A stretch of DNA of 64,000 bases, taken from an uncultured virus (IMG/VR IMGVR_UViG_3300043772_002095) (lineage: Duplodnaviria > Heunggongvirae > Uroviricota > Caudoviricetes). The notes beneath the pieces were generated by a model, which did not search any database, had not been told where the DNA came from, and saw only the letters and a program-made list of their open reading frames with translations. Below, piece by piece: positions 1 through 8,208 of the stretch. The stretch lies in IMG/VR virus record IMGVR_UViG_3300043772_002095, one strand, 5' to 3'. The number at the start of each line of letters is the position of its first letter. The first letter of the stretch is position 1. The position numbers and the translations under genes were made by a program.

Positions 1-1
1 A

Positions 2-463
2 AATAAAGAAAAAGTTTTAATATCATACTCAAATTATAGAAAAAACAATAAAGAAAAAATGAAATTATCTAGATATGAGTATAGGTCTAAAAATAAAGAT
101 AAAATAAAAATATACAGAACTTACTATTCGGATAAAAGAAGAAAAGAATCTAACGTGGTTAGAGTTTCTGAAAATATTAGAAGAAGAATAAATATATTTT
201 TAAACTCTAAAAAATTAATAAAAAACAATAAAACATTCGAAATTGTTGGTTGTTCTCCCAAATTATTAAAAGAACATATAGAAAAACAATTTAAAGAAGG
301 TATGAGTTGGGATAACTACGGTCTTTACGGATGGCATATCGACCATATAATTCCTTTATCATTAGCAAAAACCGAAGAAGAAGTTTATAAACTTTGTCAT
401 TACACAAATCTCCAACCTCTATGGGCTAAAGAAAATCTTACTAAGAGTAATAAAATTTTATAA
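2..463 (+). CDS. HNH-family (EndoVII-like) endonuclease, 5' partial
   Basis: Frame is open from position 2. WHIDHIIPL and CHYTNLQPLWAKENLTKSNK form an HNH-type motif, preceded by NKEK/NKDK charged repeats. Confidence 0.75.
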   Translation, partial: NKEKVLISYSNYRKNNKEKMKLSRYEYRSKNKDKIKIYRTYYSDKRRKESNVVRVSENIRRRINIFLNSKKLIKNNKTFEIVGCSPKLLKEHIEKQFKEGMSWDNYGLYGWHIDHIIPLSLAKTEEEVYKLCHYTNLQPLWAKENLTKSNKIL

Positions 464-464
464 T

Positions 465-875
465 TTAAACCATTTTAAGTCCGTCAGATGACGTAACATA
501 CCAATATTCATCTAAGAAAACTAATTCAACACAAACACCTTTATCTATCGATAGTTCATCGTAATACTCGTCAATTCTATATCCATTAGAATCAATAACA
601 CCTTTTGTTAAAGATTTTATAATTATGTGGGTAGTGGTTTTAGGGTCTAATATTAAACGACAATAATCTGACCCCTTCAACACAATAAAATCTTCACCAT
701 TTGTCGTGTACACAGAATCGGTTATAATTTTTTTGTTAAATTTCGGTATTACAAATACTTCTTTTTCAACTTCTTTTTCGACAATAGAAGTCTCCGTATT
801 AATAATATATTTTGTGTTGTTGTCGACCATAAGTCTATCACCAACTTTTTTCTTTGCAAATGTAGATTTAATCAT
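465..875 (-). CDS. hypothetical protein
   Basis: 136-aa ORF whose start overlaps the stop of the neck gene (coupled). Confidence 0.65.
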   Translation of the reverse strand: MIKSTFAKKKVGDRLMVDNNTKYIINTETSIVEKEVEKEVFVIPKFNKKIITDSVYTTNGEDFIVLKGSDYCRLILDPKTTTHIIIKSLTKGVIDSNGYRIDEYYDELSIDKGVCVELVFLDEYWYVTSSDGLKMV

Positions 876-1999
876 ATGATATATATTTGTCTTGGCATTG
901 CGGTTAACTTTTTAACTTTATTAAGATTCTCGGCCAACAAAGCCTCTCTTTCCATAACCTTTTCGGGTCTTAGTCTTGTAAGTCTACCTTCAGCACCGGT
1001 TAATTCCTCAATTAGTTTACTTTTTTCGTCTTTAGCTTCAGTCGCTAATGATTGATAATCTAATGTTAGTTCAGAGTCGGGAGTTTTAAGATTTCCACTA
1101 AACTTACCTCTAACTCTAGATAAAGTTTCTTTACAATAAGCGACAAACCATCTTCTAACCCATTGTTGTGAGGGATTATTTAAATCTGCCCAACTTATTT
1201 TATCAAAAGGAACATCAGATGGTAATCTTACTATGTCAGGATTGTCTTTTAAACATTTATCTCTATCAGGACCATCTGCTTCATAATACCAATACCAAAC
1301 CTGCCCTCTCGTTAGAGTTCCATTACCAAAATCAAATTTACCTCCTGGAGTGTTCATTAAATGAATCGCCTTTTTACCATCAGGCAATGCCGTGATTCTA
1401 TAAGTTAAATCACCGGCGATAACCCTTCTTTGTATGTTAATTTCTTGCATTCTCAATAACATATCAAACGCCGGCATCATAAAGTATCCTCCCGCCATAT
1501 TACCCATTTGAGCGAGACCTCCCCCACCACCAAGTCCTCCGCCGGCACCTAATGCTCCAAAAGACCAAGGGTCAAACATAACATTGTTTAATGTTGCGGG
1601 TGAAAACCAAAGTAATTCATTAATTTCTCTTCCCGCCGGAATTTCATATATCTGTTGATTTCTAACTAACTGAATATAATCTTTTTTAAGAACCGAATCA
1701 CCGCCAGCTTGTAATCCAACAATTTTAGAATAGGCGTAAGTATATTTTTGTTCGTAATCTAATGTTTTTGAAACCAACGCCTTTGATAAAGATTGAGTTT
1801 CTAAATTAAGATTGAATAAAGATGTCCATTGAGATTCAATTAACCAATCTTGGACATACTGAGAATAATCATCAATAGAAAATTCTAATAGGGTGTCCAT
1901 TTGCTCATCGTCAATTTCTACAGATCTTAACGGCGCTCCCAATAAGTGACGTACTTTTTTATACAAATCACTTCTTTCAGGTTCAGGTATTATTGACAT
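872..1999 (-). CDS. neck / head-tail adaptor protein (T4 gp13-like)
   Basis: N-terminal HLLGAPLRSVEIDDEQ and C-terminal WVRRWFVAYCKETLSRVRGKF resemble gp13-type adaptors; lies near the tail genes. Confidence 0.7.
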   Translation of the reverse strand: MSIIPEPERSDLYKKVRHLLGAPLRSVEIDDEQMDTLLEFSIDDYSQYVQDWLIESQWTSLFNLNLETQSLSKALVSKTLDYEQKYTYAYSKIVGLQAGGDSVLKKDYIQLVRNQQIYEIPAGREINELLWFSPATLNNVMFDPWSFGALGAGGGLGGGGGLAQMGNMAGGYFMMPAFDMLLRMQEINIQRRVIAGDLTYRITALPDGKKAIHLMNTPGGKFDFGNGTLTRGQVWYWYYEADGPDRDKCLKDNPDIVRLPSDVPFDKISWADLNNPSQQWVRRWFVAYCKETLSRVRGKFSGNLKTPDSELTLDYQSLATEAKDEKSKLIEELTGAEGRLTRLRPEKVMEREALLAENLNKVKKLTAMPRQIYII

Positions 2000-2011
2000 A
2001 ATTTTGTTTTT

Positions 2012-3565
2012 TTAATTTGTTAATGTTCTTAATAAACTAGATTTAGGTAAATAAAAATCACCTTCATCCATTTGAGCCTTTCTATTATCAAATAAATATA
2101 AAGTATTGCCTTTAATGAATGCTAATACATCAGTATCGTAGTGTTTAGCCCTTCCAGTGTCTTTCATTCTAAAATAATCACCCTCCTCAACAATCTGACC
2201 TACAGGTTTTATTTGTAATGTATACTCTTTACCATTAATTGTTACAATACAATCAACACCACTTAAAGCGTCATTAACATTACCTAACCCGGCAATAATT
2301 TTAACATTTTTATCGCCATAAAATTTTTTTAATATTATGGCACTATTTTCTTCATTTTTATTACCTATCTTGTCGGAACCGGCAACTACTTCCATTATTT
2401 TTTTTAATGTGGTGGAATTTTTGTTAAATATTCTATCTTTATATTTTTTAATTAATTCAGTAAATCTTTTAACGTTTTGAATTTGTTCTGAAGGTGTTAA
2501 ACCGACAATTTTAATTTCGGGTTTACCTTCGTGTCTTAATACTTTATTAACATCTTTTAATAAAATACAAAATCCAAAATAATGAGTGTTTAATTTATTA
2601 ATTACCGACCTCCCCGTTCTTTCTAAATCATAAACACCTGCTAAATTTTCTCCATCATATTTATTTCTTTCATAGTAATGTTCAGGAAAAACTTTTTTTA
2701 AAGAATCTTCAATTGCAAATCTAAAAATATTAACAAGTTCTTTATTCATATTAAAAACACTTCTAAAGGACTGAACCTCATCTTTTGAACACCAATCATA
2801 CACACTCTCTAAAATAATTTGTTTTTTTTCTACCATTTCGTTCAAAGGTTTCTTTTTTGTTTTTTTATCGATTAAAGAATTAACAAACTCCCAATTAACG
2901 TAATCCCAAAAGTTTTTAATGTATTCGTCTCTTTTGTTTTGGTATTTTAGATAATAAGAATGTTCCCATAAGTCTAAACCTAATATTGGAAACCCACCAT
3001 TTTTTATGATATTCATTAATGGGTTATCCTGATTTGGTGTTGAAACTATTTTAATATTTTCACTTCTTGTTAATACGACCCAAACCCAACCTGATCCAAA
3101 TCTTTTTTGCGCAATTAACTCAAACTTTTTCTTAAACTCATTAAAAGTTCCGTATTTCTTATTTATCTTTTCTAATATTTTACCATTAACTTCTTGTTTT
3201 TTTGGTGATAACATTTTCCAAAATAAGGCGTGATTAAAAGCTCCCCCGGCATTATTTCTAATTTCTTTATTATATCTTGATATAGATTTAACAATATTTT
3301 CAAGTTCAACATCACCATAATCTTTTTTTGATAAAGCCTTGTTTAACTTATCAACATACCCCCTATAATGTTTGTTATAGTGGATATCCATTGTTTTAGG
3401 GTCAATAAAGTTTTTTAATGCGGAATAAGAGTAAGGTAATTTTTCAATACCAATTCTTTTCATTTCAGAAATAATAAATTCCTTATGGGGTTTAGTTTCC
3501 TCTAAAAATATTTCTTCATTTATTAAAGAAATTCTTTTTTCAATATTTTCAATTAGTTTATTCAC
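2012..3565 (-). CDS. Mn/Fe superoxide dismutase fused to a C-terminal PD-(D/E)xK-like domain
   Basis: GTG start. Motifs LPYSYSAL, HYNKH, GGAFNHALFW, FGSGWVW, NQDNP and DLWEHSYY, plus about 280 extra C-terminal residues. Confidence 0.9.
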   Translation of the reverse strand: MNKLIENIEKRISLINEEIFLEETKPHKEFIISEMKRIGIEKLPYSYSALKNFIDPKTMDIHYNKHYRGYVDKLNKALSKKDYGDVELENIVKSISRYNKEIRNNAGGAFNHALFWKMLSPKKQEVNGKILEKINKKYGTFNEFKKKFELIAQKRFGSGWVWVVLTRSENIKIVSTPNQDNPLMNIIKNGGFPILGLDLWEHSYYLKYQNKRDEYIKNFWDYVNWEFVNSLIDKKTKKKPLNEMVEKKQIILESVYDWCSKDEVQSFRSVFNMNKELVNIFRFAIEDSLKKVFPEHYYERNKYDGENLAGVYDLERTGRSVINKLNTHYFGFCILLKDVNKVLRHEGKPEIKIVGLTPSEQIQNVKRFTELIKKYKDRIFNKNSTTLKKIMEVVAGSDKIGNKNEENSAIILKKFYGDKNVKIIAGLGNVNDALSGVDCIVTINGKEYTLQIKPVGQIVEEGDYFRMKDTGRAKHYDTDVLAFIKGNTLYLFDNRKAQMDEGDFYLPKSSLLRTLTN

Positions 3566-3598
3566 AGCAATTGTCTTAATTACTATAAATATCTATTA

Positions 3599-5362
3599 CT
3601 ATCGTATTGAATTGATTTTATTCATAATTTCCTCAACAATATCTCCCTTATTTAGATTGTCACCCATTACGGTTTCAATATTTTGTTTTTTATTATTAAC
3701 GATATCATAGATAATGGTCTCAATTGTGTTTTGAAAAATTGGATAGTAAACTAAAACATTATTTTTCTGTCCGTATCTGTACGCCCTATCTTCAGCTTGA
3801 CTCATATCTCCGGGAACAAAAGATAAATCATTCATAATAACAACTTCAGCCGCCGTTAATGTTAAACCTACGCCTGCCGCTCTCATATTACCAACAAACA
3901 CTTTAATCTTATCGTTTTCTTGAAATTGGTCTACCGCGTATTGTCTTTGAGGTTTTGATGTACTTCCATCTAATCTTACCGCTTGTTTACCAAAATGGTC
4001 AGCAATTCTATTTAATGCGTCGGTAAAGTTTGTAAAAATAATAACTTTCTTATCTTGATCAATAATGTTTTGAGTAAGTTCAATTGTATGTTCAATCTTT
4101 TCTTCCGCAATTACTTGTCTAACCTTCATAAGTTTTGAGAATTGGACGGTTAAAGACGATGATTCTTCTTTATTATTTTTATACCAATTAAAGTATTCAC
4201 CCATTAACCCTTCATATTCTTTAGATGATAATTTCAAATAAACGGGAGTTATTATTTTATCGGGTAAATCAAGAACCTCGGTTTTTAATCTTCTTAAAAC
4301 TTGTCTTGAGGTTCTATCTCTTAATTCTTCCAAATTTGTCGCTCCATTAACATTCCATATTTTTCTGTTACCCGCGGTAAATTGATACCCCCCACAATAT
4401 CTTATTGCGTAGGCCAACCAATTCTGAGCGACAGGACTTTCGATTAATTGTAATAAATTAAAATAATTCATAGGTCTGTTAGTCATTGGTGTACCTGTTA
4501 ATAACCAAAGTCTATCCGACCTTTTCGAAAAATGATTTATTAATTTAGTTCTGGAGGCTTGGGGATTGGACGCGTAATGTGATTCATCGATTATGATTAA
4601 TTCGGGATTTAACTTATAAATTAACGAGTTTTCTTTTTCTTTTATGTTGTAAAAGTTTTTTAATATATCATAATTAACAATAACGAAATCGTGCTCCAAT
4701 GAGAATTTTTTACCCTCGGAAATAAAAATACTTCTATCAGTATAGTTTCTAATTTCTCTTTCCCAATTTATTTTTAAAGATGCGGGACAAATGATTAATA
4801 TTTTTTTAGCCCCCGTTTCTAAAGCGGCAATAATGGTGGAAGTTGTTTTACCCAAACCCATATCATCCGCCAAAATAAACTTCTTACTACCAACTAATTT
4901 TTCAATTGCAATTTTTTGATGTTCTAATGGTGGTCTATGAGAATATTTAGAATAATCTATTTTAACTTCTTTTATTACGTGAGTTTTTAGTAACGCCGCT
5001 TTCGGTACCCAAAAATCGTGAATGTTTTCATCGTTAAAAAATTTACCCCAAATATGGTAAGATTTTTCTTTCTCCGCTAATAATTTTTCAACCCAAATTT
5101 CTTTAGGTATTTTGGTGTATAGTTTTTCGTCCGCAATTTTCTTAGCGAAATACGGATCTAAATCAACCCATTTTTTAGCGACTTTAGGTGTTTCTAAATG
5201 GTTTTTAATAATGTATTCTGATTGAGACCTTGTGGGGTAGAATTTTTTATTTGAATCTTTTTGTTGTTTTAATTTAATGATAAAATTATTAGCTCCCTCG
5301 TATTTATCGAGAATATCTAAAGCGGTTAACTCTATTAAATTAAATGTTTGACCTGTTGTCAC
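3599..5362 (-). CDS. SNF2-family (HARP/SMARCAL1-like) helicase
   Basis: Motifs LADDMGLGKT, DESH, LTGTP and QAEDRAYRYGQ. Start placed at GTG 5362; the track start at 5401 overlaps the divergent gene. Confidence 0.9.
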   Translation of the reverse strand: MTTGQTFNLIELTALDILDKYEGANNFIIKLKQQKDSNKKFYPTRSQSEYIIKNHLETPKVAKKWVDLDPYFAKKIADEKLYTKIPKEIWVEKLLAEKEKSYHIWGKFFNDENIHDFWVPKAALLKTHVIKEVKIDYSKYSHRPPLEHQKIAIEKLVGSKKFILADDMGLGKTTSTIIAALETGAKKILIICPASLKINWEREIRNYTDRSIFISEGKKFSLEHDFVIVNYDILKNFYNIKEKENSLIYKLNPELIIIDESHYASNPQASRTKLINHFSKRSDRLWLLTGTPMTNRPMNYFNLLQLIESPVAQNWLAYAIRYCGGYQFTAGNRKIWNVNGATNLEELRDRTSRQVLRRLKTEVLDLPDKIITPVYLKLSSKEYEGLMGEYFNWYKNNKEESSSLTVQFSKLMKVRQVIAEEKIEHTIELTQNIIDQDKKVIIFTNFTDALNRIADHFGKQAVRLDGSTSKPQRQYAVDQFQENDKIKVFVGNMRAAGVGLTLTAAEVVIMNDLSFVPGDMSQAEDRAYRYGQKNNVLVYYPIFQNTIETIIYDIVNNKKQNIETVMGDNLNKGDIVEEIMNKINSIR

Positions 5363-5402
5363 AATATGTTTAAAAATAAATAATTTTTTGATATTTATCA
5401 AT

Positions 5403-6374
5403 ATGGAGGATAAAATAAAAAAATATGAATTATATGGATTATATTGTCCTTTTTCTCACGAATTAAAATACATTGGTATTACTAAAAACGGGCTGTCCAA
5501 CAGATTAAACGCCCATTTAAGAAAACCTACAAATTATTTAACAAAATGTTGGTTTAATGAACTTAAAATAAAAGGTTATACACCTATTATTAAATTAATA
5601 AAAGAATGTGATAGTTATGAAAATTTATTAAAAAACGAAATAGAAGAAATAAAAAGGTGTAGAGATACCAATATTAAATTATTAAACATATGTGATGGTG
5701 GAGACATTAACCCTATGTATGGTAAAACTCATTCGGATGATGTTAGAAAAAAAATATCAGATAAAAAAAAAGGCGTTAAAATGAGTGAAGAGGTAAAAAA
5801 AATACATAAAGATAGGATTAAAAATCTTTGGTCTAACCCTGAATGGTCTGAAAAAGTTAAGTTAAAAATGAAACTTAGAGTGGGTGAAAAAAATCCAAAT
5901 TGGAAAGGCGGTCTTTCTTTCGTATATTGCAAATGTGGTAAAAGAATTAACTATTATAACACTTATTGTTTTAATTGTTTACCAAGAAACGGGGAAAATA
6001 ATCCGTTTTTTGGTAAAAAACATAATCAAAAAGTTATAGATTTTTTAAAAGAACAAAGCAGAAAATTTGGAAAAGATAACCCCAATTATAAATACGATAT
6101 TAATGAAGACGAATTATACGATATGTATATTAATCAAAATAAAACAATCGTTGAGATAAGTAGTTATTTTAAATGTGCAATAAATACTATAAATAAAAAA
6201 TTAAGACAATATAAAATATATAAACCGAAGTCAAATATTTATAACTTAATGGTTGATGATATAAAAAATTATTTAGAATCAGGATTAAATTACGTCCAAA
6301 TTGGTAACATATACGGATGTAATAATAAAATTATTCATAAATTTGTAAAAAAACACAATTTATATGCCAAATAA
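5403..6374 (+). CDS. GIY-YIG-like homing endonuclease with NUMOD3-type repeats
   Basis: LYGL...YIGIT...RL..H and LLNICDGG, followed by NPMYGKTHS, GEKNPNWKGG and GENNPFFGKKH repeats and C-terminal HTH-like segments. ATG at 5403. Confidence 0.8.
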   Translation: MEDKIKKYELYGLYCPFSHELKYIGITKNGLSNRLNAHLRKPTNYLTKCWFNELKIKGYTPIIKLIKECDSYENLLKNEIEEIKRCRDTNIKLLNICDGGDINPMYGKTHSDDVRKKISDKKKGVKMSEEVKKIHKDRIKNLWSNPEWSEKVKLKMKLRVGEKNPNWKGGLSFVYCKCGKRINYYNTYCFNCLPRNGENNPFFGKKHNQKVIDFLKEQSRKFGKDNPNYKYDINEDELYDMYINQNKTIVEISSYFKCAINTINKKLRQYKIYKPKSNIYNLMVDDIKNYLESGLNYVQIGNIYGCNNKIIHKFVKKHNLYAK

Positions 6375-6884
6375 TAAAATAGTTCCAATAACAAGATTGT
6401 CAAAATTCTTCTCGGAAGAAGATTTTTTTTTTTAGATTTATCGTGTGGTGAAGAATGGTTATATGGTGATATGAACTTTACTTTAGTTCTTTATAGAGTT
6501 GATAGGTTGAAAACCAAGACTGATGATGTTTATGGTGAAACTATTAGCGATGGTATAAAATTCCTACCTCCTGTAGAATTTAAAGGATATGTTCAAATTA
6601 TGGTACCTGAAAATAAAAACTTAGGAAATACAAAATTAAATCAATTCGAACCTGGTAATATGAAATTATCAGTTTATCAAAAACATTTAGATGAATTAGG
6701 TATTGATATTAGTTTTGGTGATTATATTGGTTATTATGAGACTGAAAATAGAGTTAGATATTATACCGTAAATAATGATGGTAGAGTTGTTTCAGATAAT
6801 AAACACAATTACGCGGGAACAAGACCTTATTATAGAACAATAATGGCGTCCGCAGTTGTTGATAATGAATTTAGAGGTTTATAA
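6364..6884 (+). CDS. head-closure/neck protein (gp14-like), frame broken at a T11 run
   Basis: ATG 6364 gives MPNNKIVPITRLSKFFSEEDFFF*. The -1 frame continues LDLSCGEEWLYGDMNFTLVLYRVD... to 6884. Position is between the neck and tail-completion genes. Confidence 0.6.
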
Positions 6885-6887
6885 TAA

Positions 6888-7925
6888 ATGGGTTTACCTA
6901 AAAAAATAAAAAAGAATATTCCTTTAACTCAATCTAAAATTTTATTAGAGAGAAGACAGGAACTTGTTGATAAAATCAACAAAGATGGGACTTTTTTACC
7001 TAAATCAATATTACACGCAGATTTGGATGGGGGATTTTTAGATTTTGTTAAGAATGATTTAAAAACAATTGTTAGTGGTAAAGTAATACCTAACGTTGAT
7101 ATTTTACTAACAACCCAAAATTGGGCTCAATTTACTCAAACTTGGGATTTTCAAAATATCGATAAAAATGTTGAGCCTCCGATAATAACCGTAATTAGAA
7201 ATCCTGAAGTAAAATATGGAACAAATCCATCACTTTTATATACTATACCAAATAGGAGACAATATTTTTACGCTCAAGTTCCGACTTGGGATGGTCAAAG
7301 ATCTGGTATGGACATTTATAAAATACCACAACCTGTCCCTGTAGATATAACATATTCCGTTAAAATTATTTGTAATAGAATGAGAGAACTAAATCAGTTT
7401 AATAAAATTGTTTTAGAAAAATTCTCATCGAGACAAGCTTACGCCCAAATTAAAGGTCATTATATTCCGATTATAATGAATAATATTTCAGATGAATCGG
7501 TTATGGATGTTGAAAAAAGAAAATATTATATACAGAGTTACGAATTTACAATGTTAGGTTTTTTAATTGATGAAGATGAGTTTGAAGTTTCTCCAGCAAT
7601 AACCAGGGTGTTACAGGTAGTAGAGTTTGATCAATCCACAAAAAAAAGAAGACAAAAATTAGATTCAAATAACAAATCATCTGAATTAGATGTTTTATTT
7701 TTATCAGGAGTAACTTCATTGTCTCAAAAATTTTACTATACATCTAACTTATCTATATTATCAACAAATAACATCGATAGTTATGACATTTTTATTAATA
7801 ATGAGTTTTACGGTTCAGACGTTTCTGAGATTCAAATAACTGATGGAGATTCTCTTAGAATAGATATTGTAAAGTTAGATTATGATTTAGAATCTAATAT
7901 ATTACTTAAAAGTGATATAATTTAA
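6888..7925 (+). CDS. tail completion / sheath terminator protein (gp15-like)
   Basis: IPQPVPVDITYSVKI motif; located immediately before the sheath gene. Confidence 0.6.
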   Translation: MGLPKKIKKNIPLTQSKILLERRQELVDKINKDGTFLPKSILHADLDGGFLDFVKNDLKTIVSGKVIPNVDILLTTQNWAQFTQTWDFQNIDKNVEPPIITVIRNPEVKYGTNPSLLYTIPNRRQYFYAQVPTWDGQRSGMDIYKIPQPVPVDITYSVKIICNRMRELNQFNKIVLEKFSSRQAYAQIKGHYIPIIMNNISDESVMDVEKRKYYIQSYEFTMLGFLIDEDEFEVSPAITRVLQVVEFDQSTKKRRQKLDSNNKSSELDVLFLSGVTSLSQKFYYTSNLSILSTNNIDSYDIFINNEFYGSDVSEIQITDGDSLRIDIVKLDYDLESNILLKSDII

Positions 7926-8083
7926 TCCTCTCCGTAAATATCTTTCTTTTCTTTACATTTTTCTAAAATTATTTTTTCTAAAAATCTATAAATTTTAATA
8001 CCTTTCTTTTCGCAGTATTTTTTTAAAATATCGTGAACCTCCACAGATATCTTCAAATTCTTTATTTTTTTATTGTCTGACAT
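7922..8083 (-). CDS. small ribbon-helix-helix DNA-binding protein (53 aa, not in ORF track)
   Basis: Manual translation: MSDNKKIKNLKISVEVHDILKKYCEKKGIKIYRFLEKIILEKCKEKKDIYGED*. Beta-alpha-G-alpha pattern, with its own upstream motif. Confidence 0.7.
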   Translation of the reverse strand: MSDNKKIKNLKISVEVHDILKKYCEKKGIKIYRFLEKIILEKCKEKKDIYGED

Positions 8084-8117
8084 AGGATAAAAAAGGAAGA
8101 AAATATTCTACCTAATT

Positions 8118-8170
8118 TATAAATATCACTTTAAAAGTAAAGTATTTTGTATTTTTTATTGATATTTATA
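8118..8170. promoter_or_regulatory. divergent pair of GATATTTATA motifs (putative phage promoters)
   Basis: GATATTTATA on the minus strand at 8118-8127 and on the plus strand at 8161-8170. Confidence 0.6.
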
Positions 8171-8208
8171 TTAAAACAATAAATTAACTAAAAAAAAATT
8201 AAAAACTA

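Noticed and set aside
1490..1570. GC-rich patch in the neck gene
   Set aside because: Explained by a Gly-rich peptide (GALGAGGGLGGGGG); no evidence for an RNA element.
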